Source: Bacilli bacterium
Lineage (GTDB): Bacteria; Bacillota_I; Bacilli_A; RFN20; CAG-826
Direction of reading: 5' to 3'
Assembly: GCA_024695235.1 (NCBI GenBank)
Contig: JAILIP010000009.1
Span: 55,647-119,646 of the forward strand
DNA length: 64,000 nt
How positions within the stretch are numbered: the stretch's first letter is position 1; each line of letters begins with the position of its first letter. The notes below the pieces were generated by a model, which was not told the origin of the DNA, did no database searches, and worked only from the letters and a program-made list of their open reading frames with translations. The translations under genes and the position numbers were made by a program. Below, in pieces: positions 53,556 to 63,930 of the stretch.

Positions 53556-54533
53556 ATGCCATTAGTAAATAGTAAAGAATTATTCAAAAAAGCATATGAT
53601 GGTGGATACGCTATCGGTGCTTTTAACTGCAATAACATGGAAATTGTTCAAGCTATCACTGAAGCCGCTCAAGAATGCAAATCACCAGTCATTCTTCAAG
53701 TCAGCGCAGGCGCTAGAAAATATGCAAAGCCATGTTATCTTAAACACTTAGTTGAAGCAGCATGTGAAGATACAGACATTCCAATCGTTCTTCACCTTGA
53801 CCATGGTGCAGACTTTGAAATTTGCAAAGACTGCATTGATGGAGGTTTTACCTCAGTCATGATTGATGCTTCAAGTAAATCCTTTGAAGAAAATATCGCT
53901 TTAACAAAGAAAGTCGTTGAATACGCTCATGCTCATAAGCCATATGTTACAGTTGAAGCTGAACTTGGTACATTAGCAGGTATTGAAGACGATGTTAAAG
54001 TTGAACATGGTGCTGAATCATACACCAAACCAGAAGACGTCGAAGAATTCGTTCGTAGAACCGGTTGTGATAGCCTCGCTATCGCCATTGGTACAAGCCA
54101 CGGTGCATATAAGTTCAGACCAGAACAATGTACAAGAGATCCTAAGACAGGCATCTTACTACCTCCTCCACTAAGATTTGATATCTTAGAAGAAGTTAGC
54201 AAACGTCTACCAGGATTCCCAATTGTTCTCCATGGTTCTAGCTCAGTTAACCAAGAATACGTTAAGATCATCAATGATCACGGTGGAAAACTTGTTGATG
54301 CTGTTGGTGTTCCTGAAAGCCAACTTCGTCAAGCTGCTAGACTCGCTGTTTGTAAGATCAACATCGATAGTGATCTTCGTTTAGCAATGACAGCTGGTAT
54401 CCGTGAACACATGGAAGCACATCCAGATCATTTCGACCCACGTCAATATGTTGGTGATGGCCGTAAATACGTCAAAGACCTTGTTAAACACAAAATTACT
54501 GAAGTTTTAGGTTCAGACGGAAAAGCTGAATAA
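53556..54533 (+). CDS. fba: Class II fructose-1,6-bisphosphate aldolase
   Basis: 325 aa with AFNCNNME, VILQVS, LHLDHG, GTSHGAYKF and LHGSS motifs. SD AAGGAG lies upstream. Confidence 0.93.
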   Translation: MPLVNSKELFKKAYDGGYAIGAFNCNNMEIVQAITEAAQECKSPVILQVSAGARKYAKPCYLKHLVEAACEDTDIPIVLHLDHGADFEICKDCIDGGFTSVMIDASSKSFEENIALTKKVVEYAHAHKPYVTVEAELGTLAGIEDDVKVEHGAESYTKPEDVEEFVRRTGCDSLAIAIGTSHGAYKFRPEQCTRDPKTGILLPPPLRFDILEEVSKRLPGFPIVLHGSSSVNQEYVKIINDHGGKLVDAVGVPESQLRQAARLAVCKINIDSDLRLAMTAGIREHMEAHPDHFDPRQYVGDGRKYVKDLVKHKITEVLGSDGKAE

Positions 54534-54544
54534 TTAATTGGATT

Positions 54545-54567
54545 AGCATCACATTTGTGGTGCTTTT
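54545..54567 (+). terminator. Terminator after fba
   Basis: AGCATCAC-attt-GTGGTGCT (one G:T pair) followed by TTT. Confidence 0.55.
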
Positions 54568-54582
54568 CTAGTGGAGGTTTAT

Positions 54583-57264
54583 ATGAAGAAAAGAATAATT
54601 GCTGCTTTAGTATCGCTTGCACTTCTTGGTGGTAGTGCACTTGTTTTAAGCCATAAAGAAGCAGTGGAAACTAAAGCTGCTGGTAGCTACTACACAAGAG
54701 TCACCAGTTTAAGCGAATTATCTGTTGGTGATGAAGTTGTTATTGCGTCTGCAACAAGCCAAGTCGCTAATGGTTCAGAAGTAGATAGCAAATATTTAAG
54801 TAAAGTCTCAGTTTCAATTACTGGAAACACATTATATGATTCAACATCATCTGCAGTTAGGTTAAGAGTTGAAAATGGTTCTTCTTCAGGAACATATTCT
54901 TTTAAGAATACAAACAACAATAAATATTTAGCGTCAAATAAAAATAGCGATCAATATCTCAGATATTTCAACACTACTAAAGCGGATTATTCATCATATA
55001 ACTTAACTATGGCAGGAGATAACTCATATATCTCCATGCAAGTTGTTGCAACTAACTCAAACAATTACCGTTATATTAAATACAATCCTGCAAGTGCCAC
55101 CCAACAATTTAGAACATACAAATCCAATTCTGGTGGCATGGAAGAAATTAACCTATATAAGTACACTGGTGCAGAAAAGAAAATCTCAATTGATCAAAAG
55201 ACATCTGATGATAATGTAGAAGTTGAGGTTGGTAACACAGTTAACCTCACAACAACAGCTGAGAACTTTACTCCAGTGTCATATTCATGGTCAGTCAATA
55301 GTGGCAATGAATCAAAAGTTCAAATTACTCCTGATAACGATAAAGTATCAGTGAAATTCTTATCTGAAGGCACTGATATTCAAATAACCGTTACTGCAAC
55401 AGATTCCTCATCAAATGAATATACTGCCTCAATTAAATATGATGCAGTCGTTTACTCATACACCTATCAATTCAATGATGGCAACTACTTTATCAATGTT
55501 AAAAATGAAGACGAGTTTATATTTGTTAATAATTCATTTGCCGAGAAAAATAATGACATTACATCAAATTACTTGATTGACGATAATGGTAAAGTGATAT
55601 TTGAACACGCAGCAAAAGGCAATAACACATATTATTTAAAGAATAGTAGTGGCAAGTATCTTGTTGCTGGTTCGAATGCAAGACTTAATATAAGCAATTC
55701 TCAACCAGATACATATTGGACCATTACTGAAAATTCAACACCTGGAACTTATAAGATTTCTGATCACGATACATCTAAAGTTCTTGTGTATTCTCCTAGA
55801 CAATCTAACTATGGAAAATTCATGTGTTTCTTAGAAAGTGGTGTTCAAACATATGATGGAGATATCATGTGGCTAAACATTTCAAAGCCATGGACATTCT
55901 CTAGTTTTGAACACACTGATATTATTCCTGATAAATTAACATATAAAATTGAAGAATCATTCGATCCTACAGGAATGATCCTTAAAGCTAATTTCACCGA
56001 CGAAGATTCGAATGTATATCCAATTGATGTCACAAACGAATATAGTTGGCCTGCATTTTCTGAAAATCAAACATCTATTACTGGTACATTCTCTATTGGT
56101 ACCAATAATGATTCTGTCACAGTTACAGGATTAAAAGTTCTCAGTTATGAGTTGCACTCAATTAGCGTTAATTATGCTGGAGCAAAAGTATCTTACATTG
56201 AAGGTCAAACAATTAAGAAAGATGATCTAATTGTTACCGCTACATATAAAGCTGATGGTGGAGACGATGAAATAGTCACATTGAACGCAAGTGACTACAC
56301 TGTCTATCCAACAAAAGCCGGTAGAAACACAACTGAAATCACAGTTGGATACGAAGGCAAGACTTCTACTTATCCAATCAGTGTCACTCCAAATCATTTC
56401 ATCCATTGCGATGATGATTCTAAAGTTAGACCAGGCCATAATGTCATCTTCACCGAAGAAGTTTATGGTGTGGAAATGAAAGCAGATTTCACTGCTCAAG
56501 ATTATGAGGAAATCCCAACTGCGGTAGGTCAATTTGAAGTTGAACAAGGTGCAAAACCACTTACAGTTTCATTTAAAAATAGTGGTGGAAAATACCTCGG
56601 AATTGATGGCACAAAAGTTGCATTATTAGACAGCAAAGTTGAGTTATCTTCTTGGACAGTTATCTTTGCTCACGATGAATGCTACATTGAAAATGTAGGA
56701 AAGACGAATTATTACCTCTGTTACAGCTATTCAGGCAAAAAATTCCAAGTCTATGAAAATGGCTCTGGTGGTAATGGTTTTGCAGTAATTTGGATTGACG
56801 AAAACTCAACTCCAGAAGAATTTATTGATCATCTTGAACTCGATACTTCATCAGTTAAGAAAACATTCGCAGTCAATGAAGCTTTCTCATATGACGGTTT
56901 AATCGTTAAAGCTGTTTATGAAAGTGGCTCAAAAGTAACACTTGATGATTATGTCGTAGTTGCTCCAAACATGTCTAGTGCTGGTAGTAAGACTGTCACA
57001 GTTAGATATATCAACATCTTTGAGGCAACATATCAAATCACTGTTAGTAACGGTGATACACCATCCGGAGGTGGAGATTCTAGCGGTGGAGGCTCATCAG
57101 GCGGCGGATCATCTACATCTGGCGATTCTGATGAAGGAGAAAAAGCCAAAGGAAAACTTAATTTTGGTGCAGTAATTGGTATATCCGTTGGTAGCTCCGT
57201 CCTTATCTTAGGTGGTGTCGGATTAGCGGTATTCCTAATCGTCACAAAGAAGAAAAAACAATAA
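54583..57264 (+). CDS. Tail-anchored surface protein with Ig-like repeats and recurrent approximately 160-aa modules
   Basis: ATG 54583 follows GGAGG. It has the signal peptide MKKRIIAALVSLALLGGSALVLS and the same Ig-like repeat type as the 41438 protein. The C-terminus has a Gly/Ser linker (GGDSSGGGSSGGGSSTSGDS), then the TM helix GAVIGISVGSSVLILGGVGLAVFLIV, then TKKKKQ. No LPXTG is present. Confidence 0.75.
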   Translation: MKKRIIAALVSLALLGGSALVLSHKEAVETKAAGSYYTRVTSLSELSVGDEVVIASATSQVANGSEVDSKYLSKVSVSITGNTLYDSTSSAVRLRVENGSSSGTYSFKNTNNNKYLASNKNSDQYLRYFNTTKADYSSYNLTMAGDNSYISMQVVATNSNNYRYIKYNPASATQQFRTYKSNSGGMEEINLYKYTGAEKKISIDQKTSDDNVEVEVGNTVNLTTTAENFTPVSYSWSVNSGNESKVQITPDNDKVSVKFLSEGTDIQITVTATDSSSNEYTASIKYDAVVYSYTYQFNDGNYFINVKNEDEFIFVNNSFAEKNNDITSNYLIDDNGKVIFEHAAKGNNTYYLKNSSGKYLVAGSNARLNISNSQPDTYWTITENSTPGTYKISDHDTSKVLVYSPRQSNYGKFMCFLESGVQTYDGDIMWLNISKPWTFSSFEHTDIIPDKLTYKIEESFDPTGMILKANFTDEDSNVYPIDVTNEYSWPAFSENQTSITGTFSIGTNNDSVTVTGLKVLSYELHSISVNYAGAKVSYIEGQTIKKDDLIVTATYKADGGDDEIVTLNASDYTVYPTKAGRNTTEITVGYEGKTSTYPISVTPNHFIHCDDDSKVRPGHNVIFTEEVYGVEMKADFTAQDYEEIPTAVGQFEVEQGAKPLTVSFKNSGGKYLGIDGTKVALLDSKVELSSWTVIFAHDECYIENVGKTNYYLCYSYSGKKFQVYENGSGGNGFAVIWIDENSTPEEFIDHLELDTSSVKKTFAVNEAFSYDGLIVKAVYESGSKVTLDDYVVVAPNMSSAGSKTVTVRYINIFEATYQITVSNGDTPSGGGDSSGGGSSGGGSSTSGDSDEGEKAKGKLNFGAVIGISVGSSVLILGGVGLAVFLIVTKKKKQ

Positions 57265-57276
57265 AAATTAAAAGGT

Positions 57277-57306
57277 GCTTATTCAAATTGAATAGGCATC
57301 TTTTTT
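57277..57306 (+). terminator. Intrinsic terminator
   Basis: GCTTATTC-aaatt-GAATAGGC, then T6 after 3 nt. Confidence 0.65.
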
Positions 57307-57483
57307 ATACAACTATTTTCGGTATGTCATTTTTGCATTTACTAACATAACCTTATATTTTATATAAAAGCAACTTGAGTCAAAATGTGAGCTCAAAGCT
57401 GCTTCCAAGAAATATACAAAGTATTTGCTTTTATAATTATGAAAGTGTTATGCTCTTTGCATAAACGAAAGGAGATTCCTTTT

Positions 57484-58905
57484 ATGAAAAAACGAATTCT
57501 ATTATTATCAACTGCAGCCTTATTATCGCTAGGTGCCTTAGGAGGCTGTAACAAAGATGACAAGAAGTCTTCTGATGAACCAACATCTGAAGCTCCAGTA
57601 GATCCTGAAGAAAACTGGCCAGTAAAAGAATGGTCATCCGAAGAAAAGGCAGTTATCGAATCAGTCCTTGGTAGTGGAAACACAATTCCTTTCTATTACA
57701 TCAAAGACCAAACTGTTAAAGCTGGTAAGAAGAGTGGAGTTATGACTCTTGTTATCTCTTCTACAAATACAGAAGCATTCTCAACTGATGATTTATCAGC
57801 ATATGTCAGAAAACTTTTAAGATTCGGTTATGAAGCTTGTGATGATTCTTCATCCAGCACATATCATTATCGTGTCAAATTATCTTCTGATTATGTTTTT
57901 GATCACTATATCGATGTCAAATTTGCCATCGTTAATAAGAAATCATGGACAATCAACGCAATCCTTGGTGATGAAGTTAGAAACCATAGCTTTGCTGGAA
58001 GAGATGCACCTTATGGAGCAAGTAAATTTGCTACATTAAATAGTGAGATTTCACAATACTTTGCTAGTAGCGGTATTAAGAATGCATTAGTCTTACCAAC
58101 TGCAATCGAAGATGAAACTGCTGCAGAAAAAGCAATCACATCATACGATTTCATTGATATGCGTTATAAAGCAATGGATGCCAAGAAACATCCAAGTAGC
58201 TCATCTGAAGATTTGCCAGTTTATTACTATGATAGTGGAGCACCTGCTGCTAGATTTGTCTTCACATCTACTGATGATAAAATAGCATTAGCGGAAGAAA
58301 GAGTTAACGCAGCTTATGCTTCAGCATTCAACAAGATCGTTCAAAACGATTCTAACTTCAAGATTGCTGGTGCATATCGTAGTGAAAGTGGATTTGAACT
58401 CTCAGTATCATCCTCTAAAGTTGATAAAGAAGAAGGTATCCCAGCTAAAGTAAATGCTGACTTTGCTTTCCAAGAAGTTCATGACTTCTCTGGTAAATAC
58501 CACAGAATCTTCGATAATGGTTCGGGCGATGAACTTGAACTTGGTATTGGTTCTCTTGTTGAAAGATACATCAATGCCGAAGTACCTTCTGAAGGCGTAG
58601 AGATTTCATTCCCTGTTATCGAAGTTGGAAGTAGCTTCACTGCTGTTGCAAAAGATGTCCGCTTCAGCAATTGGTCAAAGACAAAAATTGTTGGCAACGC
58701 ACAAATCGAAGCAACATTAGTTGGTGTTACAGATCCACTTGAAGGAGTAACACAATCAATCACCGTTGATGCAGGTTACACAGCTGTGGGTGAATCTGGT
58801 GGAGTATATACCTTCACAAAAGGTAATTGCACATTGACGATGAAATATACTGCTTCTGCACTTAACACAGTAGTATTAACATTCACATACGGTCTTCCTG
58901 ATTAA
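57484..58905 (+). CDS. Lipoprotein of unknown function
   Basis: ATG 57484 follows AAGGAG. It has the lipobox MKKRILLLSTAALLSLGALGGC|NKDD, and the mature part has no recognisable domain. Confidence 0.75.
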   Translation: MKKRILLLSTAALLSLGALGGCNKDDKKSSDEPTSEAPVDPEENWPVKEWSSEEKAVIESVLGSGNTIPFYYIKDQTVKAGKKSGVMTLVISSTNTEAFSTDDLSAYVRKLLRFGYEACDDSSSSTYHYRVKLSSDYVFDHYIDVKFAIVNKKSWTINAILGDEVRNHSFAGRDAPYGASKFATLNSEISQYFASSGIKNALVLPTAIEDETAAEKAITSYDFIDMRYKAMDAKKHPSSSSEDLPVYYYDSGAPAARFVFTSTDDKIALAEERVNAAYASAFNKIVQNDSNFKIAGAYRSESGFELSVSSSKVDKEEGIPAKVNADFAFQEVHDFSGKYHRIFDNGSGDELELGIGSLVERYINAEVPSEGVEISFPVIEVGSSFTAVAKDVRFSNWSKTKIVGNAQIEATLVGVTDPLEGVTQSITVDAGYTAVGESGGVYTFTKGNCTLTMKYTASALNTVVLTFTYGLPD

Positions 58906-58916
58906 ACAAAACGACT

Positions 58917-58940
58917 AACCGGATTTATATCCGGTTTTTT
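58917..58940 (+). terminator. Intrinsic terminator after the lipoprotein gene
   Basis: AACCGGA-tttata-TCCGGTT followed by TTTT. Confidence 0.75.
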
Positions 58941-58976
58941 GTTGAATGGATATATTATTTTATATAAAATATAAGT

Positions 58977-60212
58977 ATGAAAAAACCATTAGCAGATTCA
59001 TTACGTCCAGTATCACTTGATGAAGTTGTTGGTCAAAAACATCTTTTAGCAAAAGATGCTGTTTTCCGTAAGAGCGTCGATTCAGGCAAAATCTCTAATA
59101 TGATTTTCTACGGCCCTCCAGGTGTTGGTAAAACCACACTTGCTAATATCATCGCCAAAAAGGCCAATATGACCTTGTATAAACTTAATGGTACAAGTGC
59201 ATCCACAGATGATATTAAAAAGGTAATCGGCGATGTGAATTCTGTATTCACTCAAAACGGCATTCTTCTATATTTGGATGAAATACAATACCTCAACAAG
59301 AAGCAACAGCAATCTCTTTTAGAGTTCGTTGAAAGTGGAGATATCACTTTAATTGCATCTACAACTGAGAATCCATTCTTTTATGTATATCCAGCACTTC
59401 TATCTAGATGTTCTGTTTTTGAATTCAAAGCAATCTCAATCGATGATATCAAAGAAGGACTCAAAAACATTCTTAAAAAGATAGATGTTAAATGTGATGA
59501 AAATGCTTTAGAAAAACTCGCCATGTCTGCAAACGGTGACATGCGTAAAGCCATCAATAATTTAGAGTTCCTTGTATCAAGCAAAAAAGAAAATGAATCA
59601 ATATCTCTAAGTGATGTTGAAAACATGATTCCTAAAGCCAATATCTCTTATGATAGAGGTGAAGATCATCATTTTGATACATTATCAGCATTTATGAAAT
59701 CACTCCGTGGCTCTGATCCAGACGCTGCGATATTCTACTTAGCTAAGCTTCTTGAAGGAGGAGATTTAATCGCTGCCTCAAGAAGACTATTATGTTCTGT
59801 TAATGAAGATGTTGGTCTTGCATATCCTCAACTCATTCCAATTGTTAAGGCGTGTGTTGATTCTGCTCTTCAACTTGGTATGCCTGAGGCTAGATTGCCT
59901 TTGAGCAATGCGACAATTCTAATTGCAACAGCACCTAAATCTAATTCAAGCTATCTTGCATATGCCTCTGCTCAAAAAGACATTGAAAATGGCAAAGGAA
60001 CATCTACTCCTCGTCAACTTCAAAACACTCACTTCGATGGAAAAGATGCAAAAGTGAAAGGACAACATTATAAGTATCCTCATGATTATCCTCATCACTA
60101 TGTGAAACAACAATATCTACCAGATGATTTAAAAGATTCTAAATACTATATTCCTCAAGATAATAAAAACGAGAACGCTACTAAAGAATATTGGGATAAG
60201 ATTAAAAAATGA
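58977..60212 (+). CDS. rarA: Replication-associated recombination protein A (MgsA/RarA AAA+ ATPase)
   Basis: 411 aa with LRPVSLDEVVGQKHL, GPPGVGKTTLA, LDEIQ, and a C-terminal MgsA domain (YLAKLLEGGD..., HYKYPHDYPHHYV). Confidence 0.9.
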   Translation: MKKPLADSLRPVSLDEVVGQKHLLAKDAVFRKSVDSGKISNMIFYGPPGVGKTTLANIIAKKANMTLYKLNGTSASTDDIKKVIGDVNSVFTQNGILLYLDEIQYLNKKQQQSLLEFVESGDITLIASTTENPFFYVYPALLSRCSVFEFKAISIDDIKEGLKNILKKIDVKCDENALEKLAMSANGDMRKAINNLEFLVSSKKENESISLSDVENMIPKANISYDRGEDHHFDTLSAFMKSLRGSDPDAAIFYLAKLLEGGDLIAASRRLLCSVNEDVGLAYPQLIPIVKACVDSALQLGMPEARLPLSNATILIATAPKSNSSYLAYASAQKDIENGKGTSTPRQLQNTHFDGKDAKVKGQHYKYPHDYPHHYVKQQYLPDDLKDSKYYIPQDNKNENATKEYWDKIKK

Positions 60213-60895
60213 AAAAGAAAACGTTAGATCTTTTAGGAATAATCATTAACGCTTGTACAGCTCTTTTCTCTTTGGCTGGTATTCTTTGGTATTACATTTC
60301 CCAATTATGTATCAAGATGGAAGTTGAACCTGAAGTTCTTAATTTCTATTTCACAGTTAATTCAAATATTTTCTTAGTTATTTGTTCTATCATCGCATTG
60401 GTCTTTTACGTACTCGCGTATTTAAAAGATAAAGATATCCCGTATTGGGTATCAATTATGAAACTCACAGCTGTAACTGCTGTATCTTTAACATTCTTTA
60501 CAACAGTATTTTTCTTAACACCTGTATTTGGATCTCAAGACATTAATCTAATGATTTCTTTCTATACCAAAGCAAGTTTCTTTATGCATGTTCTTTCACC
60601 AATTACCGCAATGGTGGGATTTGCGTTATTTGAAATTCATAACGTTATCAAATTCAAACACATCTGGATTGCGATTGTCCCAATTATTATCTATGAAACC
60701 ATTTATATGTCTTTTGTGTTTGCTACTGGCAATCTCCATTACGATTTATATGGTTTTGCTCATAGTTACGAGGGTGATACCCTTCATGTAGGTAGAGCAA
60801 TCGTCTCAATTATTGCAACGCCTATTATTTCATTTGGCTTAGCCACTTTATGGTGGTATCTAAACAAACTATCTCGCAAGAGATTTATCAAATAA
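60209..60895 (+). CDS. Integral membrane protein (approximately 6 TM), unknown function
   Basis: 228 aa and highly hydrophobic. The ATGA start overlaps the rarA stop. Confidence 0.6.
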   Translation: MKKKTLDLLGIIINACTALFSLAGILWYYISQLCIKMEVEPEVLNFYFTVNSNIFLVICSIIALVFYVLAYLKDKDIPYWVSIMKLTAVTAVSLTFFTTVFFLTPVFGSQDINLMISFYTKASFFMHVLSPITAMVGFALFEIHNVIKFKHIWIAIVPIIIYETIYMSFVFATGNLHYDLYGFAHSYEGDTLHVGRAIVSIIATPIISFGLATLWWYLNKLSRKRFIK

Positions 60896-60899
60896 AAAA

Positions 60900-60925
60900 G
60901 ACCACATCTCTGTGGTCAATTTTTA
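60900..60925. terminator. Bidirectional terminator
   Basis: GACCACA-tctc-TGTGGTC flanked by AAAAAA and (aa)TTTTT, between convergent genes. Confidence 0.7.
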
Positions 60926-60937
60926 TATCAGGAAGAA

Positions 60938-61387
60938 TTACTTTTCTTCTTTTGCTTCTTCGGCTGGTTTTTCTTCTTTGTCTTTAGCAACTACATCTTT
61001 GACTTGTTGTTTAGAGATAGCTTGGATTTCTCCTGCATCTTCACCTCTAATGACTAAGATCAATGAGAGAATACCACCAACAAGGTAGCAAATGTTTCCG
61101 ATTGCACCAGCAACGATACACATGATGTGTGGAGCTTTGCTCTTGGAATCTTCTTTTTGTTTTCTGATGGCAACGCCAACAACGATCCAAATAGCAATCT
61201 CAACAAGTAAGTAAACGAAGCAGACGATTGCGCGAGCAACCCAATAAATGACGCCTTCTTCATTTGCTTGAACGGCATAGACAGCAATTGCAATGCCACA
61301 TCCGATAATGCCAAGGGCTAAAAGGATGACAGCAACTAATTGAAGCCATTTACCAACTGTGTAAAAGACATGAGCAGTTTTCTTCAT
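60938..61387 (-). CDS. Small membrane protein (4 TM) with a Lys/Glu-rich tail, unknown function
   Basis: Start at ATG 61387 (MKKTAHVFYTVGKW...), preceded by GGAGG. The 40 extra codons in the ORF track upstream lack an SD. Confidence 0.6.
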   Translation of the reverse strand: MKKTAHVFYTVGKWLQLVAVILLALGIIGCGIAIAVYAVQANEEGVIYWVARAIVCFVYLLVEIAIWIVVGVAIRKQKEDSKSKAPHIMCIVAGAIGNICYLVGGILSLILVIRGEDAGEIQAISKQQVKDVVAKDKEEKPAEEAKEEK

Positions 61388-61450
61388 AATTATTTCCTCC
61401 GTTAGATATGGTATCACTATACAAAGTAAAATCAATTGTCGATTCATAAA

Positions 61451-61459
61451 TGCTATAAT
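61451..61459 (+). promoter_or_regulatory. Extended -10 TGcTATAAT, 6 nt upstream of the nucleoside-hydrolase ATG (leaderless candidate)
   Basis: TG at 61451-61452, TATAAT at 61454-61459 and ATG at 61466, with no SD. Confidence 0.5.
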
Positions 61460-61465
61460 CCTTAT

Positions 61466-62398
61466 ATGGACAAAAGAAAAATCATTATCGATTGTGATCC
61501 AGGGCATGATGACGCTGTTGCTATTATGATGGCGGCGTCTGCGCCTAATTTAGAATTAATTGGAATCACAGTTGAAGCAGGTAACCAAACATTAGAAAAA
61601 ACAGGTAGAAACGCCTTAAATATGGTGCAATACCTTAATTTAGATATTCCTGTAGCATTAGGCGCTAATCATCCTTTAAAAAGGGAACCTCAAACATGTG
61701 CTGAAATTCATGGAGAAAGTGGACTAGATGGTTTTACATTTCCTCCATTAAAAATATCTTTTGATAAAAGAGACGCTGTTACATTATTGAAAGATTTACT
61801 TTTAGCAAATGACAAAGTCACATTAGTTCCAACAGGACCATTAACAAATATTGCATTATTACTTCAAAAGCATCCAGAAGTTAAATCTCATATTGAAGAG
61901 ATTGTATTAATGGGTGGCTCAATTGGATACGGAAATGTTTCTCCTGCAGCAGAATTCAACATTCTTTGTGATCCTGAAGCTGCAGAAGTTGTTTTTGAAA
62001 GTGGGCTTACTGTGAAGATGATGGGGTTAGATGTCACTAGACGTGTTCTTTTATATCCAGAGATTCTTGAAAGAATGAATAAGATTGGAAACAAGGTATC
62101 TGATTTGTTTTATGCCTTGATGAAAACATTCAACGCAAATCAAAAGAAAATATTTGGACACGAAGGTGCGCCTTTACATGACCCTGCTACAATTGTTTAT
62201 CTAATTAATCCAAATGTCATCACACTTAAAAAGATGAATGTTGAAATAGATGTTAGTGGTGGACCATCTTATGGTCGCACAAACTGTGATCAATTTGATT
62301 ATCTACATCGTCCACATAATGCCTACGTTGCAATTGATATTGATGTAGATGAATATTGGAATGTAATAGAAAAAGGCCTTAAGGCCTTCTCTAATTAA
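61466..62398 (+). CDS. Ribonucleoside hydrolase (IUNH/RihA-like)
   Basis: MDKRKIIIDCDPGHDDAVAIM carries the DxDxxxDD nucleoside-hydrolase fingerprint. The ATG at 61466 is preferred over the TTG at 61436. Confidence 0.85.
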   Translation: MDKRKIIIDCDPGHDDAVAIMMAASAPNLELIGITVEAGNQTLEKTGRNALNMVQYLNLDIPVALGANHPLKREPQTCAEIHGESGLDGFTFPPLKISFDKRDAVTLLKDLLLANDKVTLVPTGPLTNIALLLQKHPEVKSHIEEIVLMGGSIGYGNVSPAAEFNILCDPEAAEVVFESGLTVKMMGLDVTRRVLLYPEILERMNKIGNKVSDLFYALMKTFNANQKKIFGHEGAPLHDPATIVYLINPNVITLKKMNVEIDVSGGPSYGRTNCDQFDYLHRPHNAYVAIDIDVDEYWNVIEKGLKAFSN

Positions 62399-63363
62399 GC
62401 TTGAGGCTCTTCACTAGGAGCCTTTTTCTTTCTAAACAATAATAAGTAGTTAATTAGTGAACCAACTAATAATGTAGTTCCGAATCCAGCAGCTGTATCA
62501 CTTAAGAAGTGAGCGCCTGCATATACACGTGATAATCCTGCAAGGATGCACCAGAGCATTCCGACATAGAATAATGCAACCATAATTCTTCTATCATCTC
62601 TTACTTTTGGTGAGCAGCAAGCAATATATGGGAGCACGAACATTGCTGTGCCTGCATATACTGTATGTCCACTTGGGAATGATTTGAGATTGTTGGATTT
62701 AAATGATTTATCTTTGATTGAAGCAGTAATTGATTTAAATGGATCAAGTTTCCATAACGGATGGAATGCAGCCTCTGGGTCATCTAATGTGAAGATATAT
62801 CTTGGACGTGGTCTTGACCATAAGAATTTCATTCCGTTAGATACAATTGCACTTGCAGCAGCGATAATAATCATAGCGATTCCTAAGATAAACATATCGT
62901 GTTGATCAAATCCCCATTTAAATCTACCTAATGCTGCTAGTCCTACAAATAGACCTTCCATAATGAAAGCAAAGAAAACAGCAAGTATTTTAATAACTGA
63001 AGCGTGTTCTTGCATTCTAATGATATCTTTACTGATATCGTTGAATGTGTCATAGACAAAATAGTAACTGACTAGAATTGCTAATGCACCTATAACAATT
63101 GAGAATACTTCCCAAACTTTCTTTCCTTTATATCTACAGAAGATTAAAGAACCGCCTGCAAAGCCTAGTCCTAAACAAACTGGCAATTCTACAAGTGCTG
63201 CTCCAACGATGCCAAACCAGCTTTCATTTCCTGGAACATACACTGCACTTGTTAATTTGTAGTCAAAGATACCACCTAAAACAAGTATTGCTACTACAAT
63301 ACATGCAGCGATAATAATATCTCTTAATTTAATTGGATTTTTTGCATTAACACTAATTTTCAT
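62395..63363 (-). CDS. PAP2-family phosphatase (membrane)
   Basis: It has the tripartite PAP2 motif KFLWSRPRP ... PSGH ... SRVYAGAHFLSD, and several TM segments. Its stop overlaps the convergent hydrolase stop (TTAA at 62395-62398). Confidence 0.85.
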   Translation of the reverse strand: MKISVNAKNPIKLRDIIIAACIVVAILVLGGIFDYKLTSAVYVPGNESWFGIVGAALVELPVCLGLGFAGGSLIFCRYKGKKVWEVFSIVIGALAILVSYYFVYDTFNDISKDIIRMQEHASVIKILAVFFAFIMEGLFVGLAALGRFKWGFDQHDMFILGIAMIIIAAASAIVSNGMKFLWSRPRPRYIFTLDDPEAAFHPLWKLDPFKSITASIKDKSFKSNNLKSFPSGHTVYAGTAMFVLPYIACCSPKVRDDRRIMVALFYVGMLWCILAGLSRVYAGAHFLSDTAAGFGTTLLVGSLINYLLLFRKKKAPSEEPQA

Positions 63364-63372
63364 AACAATCTC

Positions 63373-63930
63373 CTAACGTGTTAGCCTTCTTGCATTGGAC
63401 ATAACAAGATTGCTTAATATTTTAACATTATCTTCAATTGAACCGGTATCATAAATGATCCATGATTTAACAACTCCGTATACACCCTGAACAATATAGT
63501 TGACTATTATTGTGTTTTTCTTTGTATCCTCGCAGTACGCTGATACTAGTTTACGAATATCTCTTAGTTTTCTTTCAATGTAACCACTTAAATTTTGATC
63601 AGTAAGGATGATTCTGTATAAATCCATTTCATCCGCTAAAGTTTCAAACATTGAAGTAAAGAACTTATCCACGATTCTTTTGCTAATTACTGTTTTTGGT
63701 ATTAAATCAATATCAATTTCATCAAACTTCTTTTGGAATGACTTGGCAACAATGGAAGTAATAATGTCTTCTTTAGTACCATATCTAATATAAATTGTAT
63801 TACGATTTACATTTGCTCTTTTAGCAATATCGACAAGGTGGATATTCGCATATCCTTTTTCTTCAATTAATTCTAAGAATGCTTGTTCAATTGCAACTTC
63901 TGTTTTTTCAATTCTTAAATCTTTACTCAT
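63373..63930 (-). CDS. TetR/AcrR-family transcriptional regulator
   Basis: MSKDLRIEKTEVAIEQAFLELIEEKGYANIHLVDIAKRANVNRNTIYIRYGTKEDI is a TetR N-terminal HTH. The gene lies 9 nt upstream of the PAP2 gene, which has its own AGGAG. Confidence 0.85.
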   Translation of the reverse strand: MSKDLRIEKTEVAIEQAFLELIEEKGYANIHLVDIAKRANVNRNTIYIRYGTKEDIITSIVAKSFQKKFDEIDIDLIPKTVISKRIVDKFFTSMFETLADEMDLYRIILTDQNLSGYIERKLRDIRKLVSAYCEDTKKNTIIVNYIVQGVYGVVKSWIIYDTGSIEDNVKILSNLVMSNARRLTR

